DNA of 64,000 nt, from assembly GCA_964636345.1 (NCBI GenBank), contig CAZWRL010000001.1:235-64234 (forward strand), read 5' to 3'. Made by a program: the position numbers and the translations under genes. Of the stretch, positions 8,085 to 17,773 are shown in pieces (the first letter of the stretch is position 1; every line of letters starts with the position of its first letter). Under the pieces are notes generated by a model. That model was given only the letters and a program-made list of their open reading frames with translations, was not told where the DNA came from and did not search any database. Source of the stretch: an uncultured Gammaproteobacteria bacterium. GTDB taxonomy: Bacteria; Patescibacteriota; Patescibacteriia; Magasanikbacterales; JBBTXJ01.

Positions 8085-9110
8085 ATGAAACGGGTGGTAA
8101 CGATCGGAGGAGGGAGCGGGCAGTATGTGCTTCTCTCTGGGTTGCGTGATGTGCCGTTCCTTGAAATCACGGCTATCGTGAGTACCGCGGATTCAGGCGG
8201 ATCATCGGAGATATTGCGCAGGGAGCGAGATATACTGCCGGTTGGCGACTTTCGTCGTTGTCTGGCCGCGCTTGCGACCACCGATGACGCGGATCTTCGT
8301 TTTTTCTTTATTGATGAGGGGCGATTTGGCGGCGATGGGGCGCTCGCGCAACATCCGCTCATGAACCTTGCGCTTGCGTACGGGGCGGAGAATGATGTTG
8401 GGAAATTCCTTGGCGCGCTTCAGCGCATGGAGCGGTTGCTCAAGGTTCGTGGCCATGTGTTTCCCGTTACCCTTGCCAAAGTTGACTTGTGCGCTGAATT
8501 TGAGAATCACGAGATTGTGCGCGGCGAGCATTTGATTGATAAGGGTGAGCATGCGGGAACCGGACGCATTACGCGGCTCTGGCTTGAGCGTCGTCCTGAC
8601 GGCAAGAAGGATAGGAAGCAGATCCAACCGTTTAAGACCGCGCTTCAGGCGATCAAGCAGGCGGATGTGGTGATTGTTGGACCCGGCGATCTTTTCACGA
8701 GCATTCTTCCCAACGTCGTGGTGCCTCGCGTTGCGGAGGCATTGCGCGTAGCAAAGGGAAAATTGGTGTTTGTAACGAGCATCATGACGAAGCGCGGCGA
8801 GACAAGCGGTTTTGACGCGGTGGATTTCTTCACGGTCTTTGAGCAATACATCGGCCGTGAAGTTGATTATGTGGTATGCAACACCACGATGCCTTCAGAG
8901 AAGGCCATTACGCGTTACGCCAAGCAGGAAGCCGAGCCGGTGAGTACGCTCCGCCTCCTTGAACCAGCCATTGGCCGGGATGAGGGTTGGTATCTTGGTC
9001 GTCATCTGGTGCCAACCGATCTACTCTTTGAGGAGCCGAGCGGCTTTACGCGGCATCATTCGGAGAAGCTAGCCCATGCGGTGTATCGGATTATTCATGG
9101 GTTGCTTTAG
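8085..9110 (+). CDS. yvcK: YvcK/CofD-like (UPF0052) protein
   Basis: IGGGSG, ADSGGSS, GD.RRCL, GPGDLFTSILPN and RHH.EKLA motifs. Confidence 0.88.
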   Translation: MKRVVTIGGGSGQYVLLSGLRDVPFLEITAIVSTADSGGSSEILRRERDILPVGDFRRCLAALATTDDADLRFFFIDEGRFGGDGALAQHPLMNLALAYGAENDVGKFLGALQRMERLLKVRGHVFPVTLAKVDLCAEFENHEIVRGEHLIDKGEHAGTGRITRLWLERRPDGKKDRKQIQPFKTALQAIKQADVVIVGPGDLFTSILPNVVVPRVAEALRVAKGKLVFVTSIMTKRGETSGFDAVDFFTVFEQYIGREVDYVVCNTTMPSEKAITRYAKQEAEPVSTLRLLEPAIGRDEGWYLGRHLVPTDLLFEEPSGFTRHHSEKLAHAVYRIIHGLL

Positions 9111-9201
9111 ACAGGTTGTTTTAGGCCTATTGTTAGGCCTTATTTTTTTTGCTTAGTAGAGATAATTTGTTTAATTTTAGCCAAAATATTGCCGTCAGGG
9201 C

Positions 9202-9230
9202 TTGACAAAATCCTCTGGATATGGTATACT
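9202..9230 (+). promoter_or_regulatory. Sigma70-like promoter
   Basis: TTGACA-N17-TATACT with extended TG. Confidence 0.75.
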
Positions 9231-9284
9231 ACTCTGTTCTTTGAGAGTGGAAATAAACAACGTTGGGGCAATGCCCCGAGGAGA

Positions 9285-9752
9285 ATGCAGATGACCAGGC
9301 GTAATTGGGAGTTCGTGGCGGTGCTCGTGGTGATGACGATCGTGGTGATGCAGACGGCCGGGTGCGGGACCCAGTGGTCGGGCAGGGTCCACATCCCGGT
9401 CGGCGACGGCGGGGAGATCGGGATCGGGAGCGGTAGCGGCGTCGGCGTGGACGAGGTCTCCGAGACCATGCCCACGCCCGAGGTTCGCGGTCGCACGACC
9501 GCGCTCTACAACCCCACCTCCAACTGGAAGCGCGTGCTCATCGAGGACTCGATCGTGTCCCTCGAGCCGCACCAGAACCTGTACGTGGTTCGGAGCACCC
9601 CCTACGGGTACCAGCTCCGGATGTGCACGTACGACGGCCAGGGCGTCTACTTCCTCGGCGAGGGTTCGCTCAACGTGAGCGAGCCGCAGGGCGTGATGCA
9701 GAATCACACCTTGTCCAACACGGGCCGACCCGCCGCGGAGTGCTCCTTCTAG
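9285..9752 (+). CDS. GC-rich secreted protein or putative lipoprotein (alternative start 9291)
   Basis: Hydrophobic N-terminus ending TAG-C; GAGGAG RBS; strong GC3 bias on this frame; terminator follows. Confidence 0.75.
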   Translation: MQMTRRNWEFVAVLVVMTIVVMQTAGCGTQWSGRVHIPVGDGGEIGIGSGSGVGVDEVSETMPTPEVRGRTTALYNPTSNWKRVLIEDSIVSLEPHQNLYVVRSTPYGYQLRMCTYDGQGVYFLGEGSLNVSEPQGVMQNHTLSNTGRPAAECSF

Positions 9753-9773
9753 GAGCGACACGTCACGCGGCGC

Positions 9774-9818
9774 GAGGGGCCATCGGATTCTACATCCGGT
9801 GGCCCCTCTTCTTTTTTA
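9774..9818 (+). terminator. Intrinsic terminator
   Basis: gaggggccatcggat-loop-atccggtggcccctc followed by a T-run. Confidence 0.8.
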
Positions 9819-9886
9819 TCCCCCAATATTTTAGCGACGGGGGATTTTTTGTGCTATAATTTTTGTATGTTACTTAACGTGCGTCA

Positions 9887-12670
9887 ATGACCGCACAGTT
9901 TCGTTATACAAAAGGGTTGCTTTTGGTTTTACTGCTATTTTTTAGTTTTTCAATAGTTGCTCCTGTTTACGCGGAAGCGCCGGCGGCAGGCGCTCCGGCA
10001 GCGAGTTCCAAAGATGAAGATGATGGTATCATTGCAGGCGCAGTGAAAGGTATTTTTGATTCTTTACTTGGGTTCATTGCCACCCTTTTCCTCATGGTTG
10101 CCAGTTTGCTCGCGGGTATTCTTGGCATGTTTATCTCCCTCCTTTTGAGCGTTGCCTCGTATAATAATTTTATTAACGCGGGCGGGGTTATTATCGGCTG
10201 GACGTTGACGCGCGACATTGTGAACATGTTTTTTGTCGCGGTATTTTTGGTTATCGCGCTGGGAACGATTATCGGCAAAAAGGAGTATCACATCAAAAAC
10301 GCGCTCCCCAAATTCGCGCTTGCCGCTATTCTGGTCAATTTTAGCCGGCTCATTCTTGGACTTATTATTGACGCGTCGCATGTCATCATGATGACGTTTG
10401 TCAATGCCATTCAACAGGTGGGGGGCGGTAATTTTTTGGCAGCGTTTAATATCCAAGCAAATTTTGAGCTGGCCAAAGACGCAGGGCTTTCCGGGTTTGA
10501 TCAACTACTCACGGCCATTATGAGTGTGCTTTTGGTTTTTATTGCCACGGTTATTGTGGGAATGTTCGCGCTCATGCTCGTTATGCGAATGGTTGGACTC
10601 TGGATATTAATTGCCGTGTCGCCCCTTGCGTTTTTTTTGCGGAGCTTGGATTCAAAAAGTTTTCAAAAATACTACGGTGATTGGGAGGGAAAGTTTAAGG
10701 TAAATGTTTTGATGGGACCGGTGATTGCATTTTTTTTGTGGCTTGCGCTTGCCATGTCGCAAGGCGGTAAATTATATTCCAGCGAGGTAAAGGGTGCATC
10801 GGACGCGGAAGCGCAAAAGAATTTGGAAGGAAAACCCGGACTGGTTGGTTCTACCATTTCTACCATTGAGGGTTTGAGTTCGTTTATTATTTCAGCGGCG
10901 TTGTTTTTGTTTGCGTATCAACAAGCGCAACAATTTGCCAAAGAGAGCGGTATACCGGGAATGGATAAGCTGGTGGGTAAGGCGGGTGATTTTATGAAGA
11001 AGGGCGCCAAGTATGTGAGCGGATATAAGGCGGCGCGCGCGGTTGGGTCATACACGGTAGGCGCCGGAGCGCGCTGGGCGTTGCGTGCGGGAGCCGGATT
11101 GGCGCGCGGTGCAGTGGGGCTTGGTAAAGTGGTTGCTGGCGGATATGCTGCTGGTGGTATGCGTGGCGCGGCGGGTGCACTTGGCGGTGCGGCGGCTGGC
11201 GCAGCACGCGCACTGCCTGGCGCAGCCATGGGAGCGGTTCGTGCGGCGGCCGTAGTTGGCGGATTGAAGGGCGCGGGTATCGCGCTTGCCGCTGGTGCCG
11301 CTGGTCTTGGCGCGACTGCAGCTGCGGGAATCAAGGGTAAACTTGGTGAAGTTGCCTCAAAGGATATAGAGAAGTTTGGCAAGGTTGACTCCAATTTGTC
11401 TAATGATCAGTTGTCTGATGTGATGCGAAGAGGCGGCGCGCGCGGTCAGGCGGCAGGATTGTCACTTGCAAAGCGCGGGTATCAATTTACAGAGACAGAG
11501 GCCAAGACAATGCAGGCATTGCTTGCCGGCAATGGGCCATCTGAAAAACAATTTAAGGATAGCTTAAAGAAAAGTGCGCCGCATCTTGCGTATGATCTTT
11601 CCGATCCGAAAAAACGCAAAGAAATGTTGCGTGATCCGGAAGTGCAAACGAATAATCTGCCACGCGAAGCGTTTGAAGGGCCACATGGCGAAGCGCTCAT
11701 GAGTGATATGCTTGAAGATTTGGGTTCAAAGGGTCTTGGTAAACAAATTAATAGTTTGCGTAACCCTGACGCGCGCAAGGCGGCGCTCAATGTGATGCGT
11801 ACCTCCACCATCCCCACCGCCTTTCGTGAGCGTGGTACGCATGTGGCGCGGCTTGGCGCAACAACCGACACTACCGCAGGGACTGTTCACGGTGAACTCC
11901 ACATGAAACGCGCCGCGCTTGCGGCGCTTCCCGCGGGTAATACGATGACGAATCGGCAGAAAAAGATTGATCTTGAGCGTGATATACGCAAGCTTGAGGG
12001 TGAAAAAAGCGCGCTTGAAACACGGGTGAGTGCCGGTGTTGATCTTGCCAAGTTGCACGCTCAAGAGACAGGTCGGCCAGATCAGACGGTTGCTTCTTTG
12101 TCATCTGCCGAGCAAGCATCGCTTCTACCCGATCTTGTTCAAGAAGTAGGAGTTGGGGGCTTGAAACCTGAAGCGCTCCAGAATCCTGAAGTGTTGGCGG
12201 CAATTGAGAAAACTGCTGGTGATCGGTTTGGCGATGCCATGAAAAAGTTGGATCCGGAAAAGATGCGGGTGGTTGTAACGGCGGTTGCCAATATTAATAG
12301 CGTCTCTGCCCCACCAGAGCAGGTGCGTGTTAAGGTGCGGGTATCCGGTGATTTTACCGGCGTTGAGGCAAATCCAGAGCGCGCTGTCATTATACAACAA
12401 GCAGTTTCAGTTATGAATTCTCGCGAATTGGCGCAGGTTAAATTAGATACACTGGGCGGCACGAGAGATGATTTTTATAGTGCGTTGACGCAGAATCCTG
12501 GGGCGGTTAGGGGATTGAATCGGGCGGAGGGGATGAGTCAAGCAAAACTTGATGAAATTGAAGCCGAGGTCAAAAAACGTGCCGTCACCGATCCCGCAAA
12601 ATTTGGTGCGCTTGCGAAGGAAATAGGCAGTTGGAATAAAGGAAAGGGTGGCGGAGGGCGAGGACCCTAA
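9887..12670 (+). CDS. VirB6/TrbL-like multi-pass membrane protein with long Gly/Ala-rich and helical C-terminus
   Basis: GW..TRD.VNMFF, AAILVNFS...IID, W.LIA.SPLAF motifs; upstream of PrgI/VirB4. Confidence 0.75.
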   Translation: MTAQFRYTKGLLLVLLLFFSFSIVAPVYAEAPAAGAPAASSKDEDDGIIAGAVKGIFDSLLGFIATLFLMVASLLAGILGMFISLLLSVASYNNFINAGGVIIGWTLTRDIVNMFFVAVFLVIALGTIIGKKEYHIKNALPKFALAAILVNFSRLILGLIIDASHVIMMTFVNAIQQVGGGNFLAAFNIQANFELAKDAGLSGFDQLLTAIMSVLLVFIATVIVGMFALMLVMRMVGLWILIAVSPLAFFLRSLDSKSFQKYYGDWEGKFKVNVLMGPVIAFFLWLALAMSQGGKLYSSEVKGASDAEAQKNLEGKPGLVGSTISTIEGLSSFIISAALFLFAYQQAQQFAKESGIPGMDKLVGKAGDFMKKGAKYVSGYKAARAVGSYTVGAGARWALRAGAGLARGAVGLGKVVAGGYAAGGMRGAAGALGGAAAGAARALPGAAMGAVRAAAVVGGLKGAGIALAAGAAGLGATAAAGIKGKLGEVASKDIEKFGKVDSNLSNDQLSDVMRRGGARGQAAGLSLAKRGYQFTETEAKTMQALLAGNGPSEKQFKDSLKKSAPHLAYDLSDPKKRKEMLRDPEVQTNNLPREAFEGPHGEALMSDMLEDLGSKGLGKQINSLRNPDARKAALNVMRTSTIPTAFRERGTHVARLGATTDTTAGTVHGELHMKRAALAALPAGNTMTNRQKKIDLERDIRKLEGEKSALETRVSAGVDLAKLHAQETGRPDQTVASLSSAEQASLLPDLVQEVGVGGLKPEALQNPEVLAAIEKTAGDRFGDAMKKLDPEKMRVVVTAVANINSVSAPPEQVRVKVRVSGDFTGVEANPERAVIIQQAVSVMNSRELAQVKLDTLGGTRDDFYSALTQNPGAVRGLNRAEGMSQAKLDEIEAEVKKRAVTDPAKFGALAKEIGSWNKGKGGGGRGP

Positions 12671-12679
12671 ATTTACGGT

Positions 12680-13984
12680 ATGATTCATTTTACTCCACAA
12701 AAGGTTGAAGAGCTTACCGCAAAAGCGTTGCCAAAGGCGCGTGAGCAGGCGGCTGTTTTGGTTCCCGTTGTTACGGCAACGGTTGGTGGTTTGATTGATA
12801 ATTCCACGCGGGCAAAGACACTCGGGAAGATGTTTGGGTGGGCTGCGCTTGGGGGCGCGAATTATCTGCGTGACATGCCGCAAGAAATTATTGAAACATT
12901 CGGCACGGCGGAAGATGTGGCGTATACCTTGTGTGACCGCGTGCTTGAGGCGCATGGTGATTTATTTAAACCGTTTGTTGAACATATTGATGCCATTCGC
13001 CGGCCATGGCAGGCGAAAGTGAAACAGGATGTGATGAAGGAGCGTGCTGCGGATGGGCCGGGAGCAGTGATTGCGCCGACGGTGGTATTGCCAGTGATTG
13101 CGCCGCTTGAAGAGGCGCCGGTGAATGGCGGTTTGAAACATCAAGATATTGCTGATCGGGTGAATGCGCGTTTGGCAATGGTGGAACAGTTGGCTGGCGT
13201 GACATTTACTAATCCCGACATGGCGGAACGCTTTCGCCATGCGTTGCGCTGCGCGCTTGGTGGCGTGAAAAAGTTGGATGAGGTGGCGCGACAACTTGCG
13301 CTGGTGCCGGATCGCGGCGGACTCGGCATGGGACAGGAGGAAGTGCAGGAGATTGTTGGTTTGCTTGAACGGCTTCATGCCAAAGAAGCGGAACAAGCAG
13401 AGCGGGCGCAGATGAAAAAACCAGAAACGCCGAAGAGTATGTTGCCGATGGTGGTTGGCGAGATTGCTTCATCATCTTTACCCTTCGACTCCGCTTCGCT
13501 TCGCTCAGGGACAAATATTACTCGCAATGACACGTCTCAAAAACTTGATGAATTGATTCAACAAAGCGCGGCGAATGATTCAGTTGATCTTTCGGCACTT
13601 GCTACCGGCGGCGCGGATCTTGCGGCGTCGCGCAAAATGCATGATGTGATTGCCCGGCCGCTTACCATGGGGCCGCTTGAAGAATTGCGCACGCTTGATG
13701 TGACGGATTTCAGACGTTTGGCAACCAAAGCCGGCGCGGCAGTGGATAAAATTAAACAAAAATTGGAATTATTGCGTGACGATGGCGTTGACCGGTACGC
13801 GGCGGGCATTAAGGCGTGGCGCGGAAGCCCGCTCTACTTTCTGTATGTGGATATGGTGCAGGAAGGATTGGTGGAAGGGCGCGCGCTGGAAGATATCGCC
13901 GCGTCAGATACCAATGATCCGGAGCGTTTAAGTGGCGAAGAACTGAAAAGTATAGTAGAATTAAATAAGTCATTACGATTTTAA
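12680..13984 (+). CDS. Conserved hypothetical protein of the CPR T4SS-like cluster
   Basis: GGLG and GP.EEL...DFRRL...GIKAWR.SPLY..Y motifs; operon position. Confidence 0.75.
   Translation: MIHFTPQKVEELTAKALPKAREQAAVLVPVVTATVGGLIDNSTRAKTLGKMFGWAALGGANYLRDMPQEIIETFGTAEDVAYTLCDRVLEAHGDLFKPFVEHIDAIRRPWQAKVKQDVMKERAADGPGAVIAPTVVLPVIAPLEEAPVNGGLKHQDIADRVNARLAMVEQLAGVTFTNPDMAERFRHALRCALGGVKKLDEVARQLALVPDRGGLGMGQEEVQEIVGLLERLHAKEAEQAERAQMKKPETPKSMLPMVVGEIASSSLPFDSASLRSGTNITRNDTSQKLDELIQQSAANDSVDLSALATGGADLAASRKMHDVIARPLTMGPLEELRTLDVTDFRRLATKAGAAVDKIKQKLELLRDDGVDRYAAGIKAWRGSPLYFLYVDMVQEGLVEGRALEDIAASDTNDPERLSGEELKSIVELNKSLRF
13460..13532. repeat. Half REP-like element inside a coding sequence
   Basis: gagattgcttc...cccttcgactccgcttcgcttcgctcaggg...ctcgcaatgaca matches the right arm of 790-880. 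Confidence 0.75.
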
Positions 13985-13986
13985 GT

Positions 13987-14427
13987 GTGCCACAACAGTT
14001 CGCGGTGCCACAATTTATTGACGCGGAAGATAAAATTATGGGGCCGGTAACGGTGCGCCAGTTTTTAATTCTGATTGTAGCCGCGCTCGGGGCGTTTATC
14101 ATCTGGAAGCTCGCGACGTTTTGGCTCGCGATTGTGCTGGCGGTGTTATGGTTTATTCTCGCGGTTGTGGTCGCATTTGTAAAAATTAACGGGCAGAATT
14201 TTCATGTTTTTTTGTTAAGTTTTGTGCGTACGCTGGTGAAGCCGAATCTCCGCGTGTGGAAGAAAGATTACACAAAAGAGGAATTAACCGCTTTGATGCA
14301 GATGGCGCCCAAGGTAGTGGTTAAAGAAGCGGCGGTTCAGAAAGAACGGGTGGCGCGCGGACGTTTGAGTGAATTATCGCTCACGGTTAATTCCGGCGGC
14401 GCGTTTGATCCAAAGGATTACGAATAG
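13987..14427 (+). CDS. PrgI family protein
   Basis: VPQFIDAEDKIMGPVTVRQF, two TM helices, P..RVWKK. Confidence 0.88.
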   Translation: MPQQFAVPQFIDAEDKIMGPVTVRQFLILIVAALGAFIIWKLATFWLAIVLAVLWFILAVVVAFVKINGQNFHVFLLSFVRTLVKPNLRVWKKDYTKEELTALMQMAPKVVVKEAAVQKERVARGRLSELSLTVNSGGAFDPKDYE

Positions 14428-14428
14428 T

Positions 14429-15118
14429 ATGGCAAAACCCCCCAAAACTTCCATTCCTTCTACCCAGCGATACCTGGACATTGCGGCGATTCGCGATGGG
14501 GTGATTGTTATGCGTGATGGGACGCTTCGCGCGGTGTTGATGGTTTCAAGTATCAACTTTGCGTTGAAATCCGAGCAAGAACAGGAGGCGCTGGTGGGAA
14601 GTTATGTGAGTTTTTTGAATACGCTGGAATATCCGATTCAAATTGTGGTGCAATCGCGCAAGATGAATATTGACGCGTATCTACAGTTGCTCAAGGAGCA
14701 AGAGCAAAAGCAAACCAATGAATTATTGCGCGCGCAAATTCAGGATTATCGCGCGTTTGTGGTTGATTTGGTGGAACTGGGGGAAATTATGCAGAAACGA
14801 TTTTTTGTGGTGCTTGCGTATGATCCGGCGGCGAACATTAAAAAGGGGTTCCTGACGCGGCTGAAAGATGCGATGGCGCCCGCGAAAGTTATTAAAATGA
14901 AGGAAAAACAATTTAATGAACGGCGGCAGGATTTGCAGATGCGGGTTGACGGGGTGAGCAGCAGTTTGCAGGGGATGAGTTTAAAAGTGGTGCAATTGGA
15001 TACGCAAGGGCTCATTGAATTATTTTATAACATTTATAATCCGGTCACCGCGCCACAAGAAGAGCTCACTGATATCGGCAAGTTGCAGGTTGAGGAAGAA
15101 CCGGCGTTTGCTCCGTAA
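14429..15118 (+). CDS. TraC/VirB4 N-terminal-like protein
   Basis: STQ.YL.I..IRDG, SINFALKSEQEQE, FLNTLEYPIQI, ELFYNIYNP motifs. Confidence 0.8.
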   Translation: MAKPPKTSIPSTQRYLDIAAIRDGVIVMRDGTLRAVLMVSSINFALKSEQEQEALVGSYVSFLNTLEYPIQIVVQSRKMNIDAYLQLLKEQEQKQTNELLRAQIQDYRAFVVDLVELGEIMQKRFFVVLAYDPAANIKKGFLTRLKDAMAPAKVIKMKEKQFNERRQDLQMRVDGVSSSLQGMSLKVVQLDTQGLIELFYNIYNPVTAPQEELTDIGKLQVEEEPAFAP

Positions 15119-15121
15119 TCT

Positions 15122-17197
15122 ATGGCATTTAAACCCGTACAATCTGGCGCGCTTGGAGCTACCGAACAGGTAAAGAATGTTGGGGCGGCATTAAAGACCA
15201 AAGCGGAGCATGAGGAGGCGACGCAGCAGGCGGCTGTTGACAAATCGCTTTCCGTGTTGCAGGAAGAGCGTGTGTACCGTGAGGGCGCGGTTTCGGTGCG
15301 CGATATTATCGCGCCGGCGGCGTTTAAGGTTGATCCCGGCATGGTGCATCTTGGGGATACGGTGCTCCGCACGATGTATGTGGTGACCTATCCGCGCTTC
15401 ATTAGTATTGGCTGGTTCACGCCGATTATCAACATGAATGTCACGGTTGACATTTCCATGTATTTTTATCCGATGAAATCCGAGATTGTGCTGAAGCAAC
15501 TGAAGAAAAAGGTGGGAACGCTAGAGGCAGAAATAAGTGCGGCGCGTGAGAAGGGGATGCCGCGTGATCCCGCGGCCGAGACCGCCATTGGTGACGTTGA
15601 ACGTTTGCGTGATTCATTAACGCAGGGCACCGAACATTTTTTCCAATTTGCGTTGTATGTCACCGTGTACGGCAAGGATCTGGAAACGTTAAATAAGGTC
15701 TCTGAACAGGTTGAATCCGTGTTTGCGAGTTCTTTGATTTACACGCGTCGTGTATTATATCAGGCGGAGCAAGGATTTAATTCAACCCTGCCGCTTGCCA
15801 ATGATGAATTGCAGGTCGCGTTTAACATGAATTCATCGCCGATTGCGTCGTCGTTTCCGTTCATGTCAAGCGATCTGACGTCTGACAGCGGCATTTTGTA
15901 TGGGATCAATCGGCACAATAACAGTTTGATTATTTTTGACCGTTTCAGTTTGCCGAACGCGAACGGGATTGTGTTTGCCACGTCCGGCGCGGGTAAAAGT
16001 TACGCGGTGAAATTGGAAATTTTGCGGACACTCATGATGGGCGTTGACGTTATTGTGATTGACCCTGAAATGGAGTACAAAAATTTGTCTGACGCGGTGG
16101 GCGGTTCGTATGTTAATTTGTCGCTTGCGTCAGAGAGCAAACTTAATCCGTTTGATTTGCCGCGTCCCACCACCGGCGATGCTACCACTGAAGATATTAT
16201 TCGGAGCGCGGTGATTACCACCAAAGGAATCTTGCGCGTGATGCTGGGGCAATTTTCCGTTCAGGAGGATTCATTGCTTGACCGCGCGCTATTGGAAACC
16301 TACGCCAAAAAAGATATTACGGCTGATTCTGATTTAACTAAATTGGGCCCCACCGACATGCCCATTTTGACTGACTTGCAGGATATTTTGGAGGGCATGA
16401 CCGATTCAAAAGATCTGGTTGAAAAATTGAAGAAGTATACGGAAGGCACGTTTTCCGGTTTGTTAAATTCCTACACTAATATCACGATGAATAATTTACT
16501 CGTGGTATTCAGTGTGCGTGATTTGGAAGATGAATTGCGGCCGGTGGGGATTTTCACGATTGTAAATTATATTTGGAATGTGGTGCGCTCCGAGCGAAAG
16601 AAGCGCGTGCTGGTGGTTGATGAGGCGTGGTGGCTCATGCAACATGAGGATTCCGCGCGGTTTATTTTCACGCTCGCGAAACGTTGTCGTAAATATTTTT
16701 TGGGCATTACCACCATCACGCAGGATGTGGCCGACTTTTTGGGGTCGCAGTACGGACGCGCGATTGTGACGAACTCGCAGATGCAATTGTTGTTGAAGCA
16801 ATCAACGGCCTCCGTAGATAAATTGGTTGAGGTTTTTATGTTAACGCAGGGCGAGAAGTTTTTACTGTTGGAGTCAGGAGTGGGCGAGGGTATTTTCTTT
16901 GCCGGACCGCGTCACGCCGCGATTAAAATTATTGCTTCCTATAATGAGGATAAATTGGTAACGACGAATCCGGAGCAGTTGCTCGCGATTGATAAATCCA
17001 AAAAAGCGTTTAAGGAGATGATACAAACAAAAGAGACGACGCCAGCGGCGAGTGCTCCCGCACCAGAACCGGCGCCTAAGGAAGAGCCGAAAGAAGAGCC
17101 GAAAGAAATGGCAGTGGAAACACCGGCTGAAGTAGTGGCCGTGGCACCGGAAGCCGTGGTTGCGCCTGCACCGGCGCCGGAAGCGCCTAAAACATAA
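15122..17197 (+). CDS. VirB4-like ATPase
   Basis: Walker A ATSGAGKS, IDPEMEY, Walker B VVDEAW, RKY..GITTITQ; low-complexity P/E/A tail. Confidence 0.92.
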   Translation: MAFKPVQSGALGATEQVKNVGAALKTKAEHEEATQQAAVDKSLSVLQEERVYREGAVSVRDIIAPAAFKVDPGMVHLGDTVLRTMYVVTYPRFISIGWFTPIINMNVTVDISMYFYPMKSEIVLKQLKKKVGTLEAEISAAREKGMPRDPAAETAIGDVERLRDSLTQGTEHFFQFALYVTVYGKDLETLNKVSEQVESVFASSLIYTRRVLYQAEQGFNSTLPLANDELQVAFNMNSSPIASSFPFMSSDLTSDSGILYGINRHNNSLIIFDRFSLPNANGIVFATSGAGKSYAVKLEILRTLMMGVDVIVIDPEMEYKNLSDAVGGSYVNLSLASESKLNPFDLPRPTTGDATTEDIIRSAVITTKGILRVMLGQFSVQEDSLLDRALLETYAKKDITADSDLTKLGPTDMPILTDLQDILEGMTDSKDLVEKLKKYTEGTFSGLLNSYTNITMNNLLVVFSVRDLEDELRPVGIFTIVNYIWNVVRSERKKRVLVVDEAWWLMQHEDSARFIFTLAKRCRKYFLGITTITQDVADFLGSQYGRAIVTNSQMQLLLKQSTASVDKLVEVFMLTQGEKFLLLESGVGEGIFFAGPRHAAIKIIASYNEDKLVTTNPEQLLAIDKSKKAFKEMIQTKETTPAASAPAPEPAPKEEPKEEPKEMAVETPAEVVAVAPEAVVAPAPAPEAPKT

Positions 17198-17202
17198 CGC
17201 CT

Positions 17203-17769
17203 ATGCTTTTTACTGAACGACGCCCACTCATGATTGGACTTATCGTGTTATCCGCGGTTGTGGTTGTGGTGGTTGTGATTTTTATTGTTCGTTTTGCGCG
17301 GAGTGGCGACTCGGGCGGAGAAGCAGTCAAGCCGACACCTGCTAAAATAGCTGGTACATCATCGGATGGCGCGGTGGTGCCACCAAAAGATTTTGATAAA
17401 CAAACGGTTGAAAGTTTGGCTCGTCTTTTTGTTGAACGGATTGGCAGTTATTCAAATCAGAGTAATTTTCAAAATTTGAATGATGTGGCAAGTTTGCTGA
17501 CGCCACGAGCGCGTACGTGGGCCGATGGTTTGAAGAAAACGCAAGATACCAGCGCGGGGTATCGCGGGATAACGACAAAAGCGTTGACCGCGGAGACCAC
17601 TGACTGGAAACCACGTGAGAGCGCGCGCGTGCGTATTGCAACGCAACGACAGGAGGAGCGTGATGGTGCCTTGCCACAGTTGCAGTATCAGGATGCTGAA
17701 GTGCGCTTGGTTTTTCAGGGTGACTCGTGGCTGGTTGATGAAATGGTATGGAAGGATGTTCAGCCATGA
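17203..17769 (+). CDS. Single-TM protein, possible VirB8/NTF2-like
   Basis: N-terminal TM, F.ERIGSYSNQS and C-terminal WLVD motif. Confidence 0.65.
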   Translation: MLFTERRPLMIGLIVLSAVVVVVVVIFIVRFARSGDSGGEAVKPTPAKIAGTSSDGAVVPPKDFDKQTVESLARLFVERIGSYSNQSNFQNLNDVASLLTPRARTWADGLKKTQDTSAGYRGITTKALTAETTDWKPRESARVRIATQRQEERDGALPQLQYQDAEVRLVFQGDSWLVDEMVWKDVQP

Positions 17770-17773
17770 GTGC

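Noticed and set aside
9195-9761. 188-aa antisense ORF
   Set aside because: Shadow of the GC-rich + strand gene, which has the promoter, RBS, signal peptide and terminator.
17060-17190. Short tandem repeats at the end of virB4
   Set aside because: Ordinary low-complexity P/E/A/K tail.
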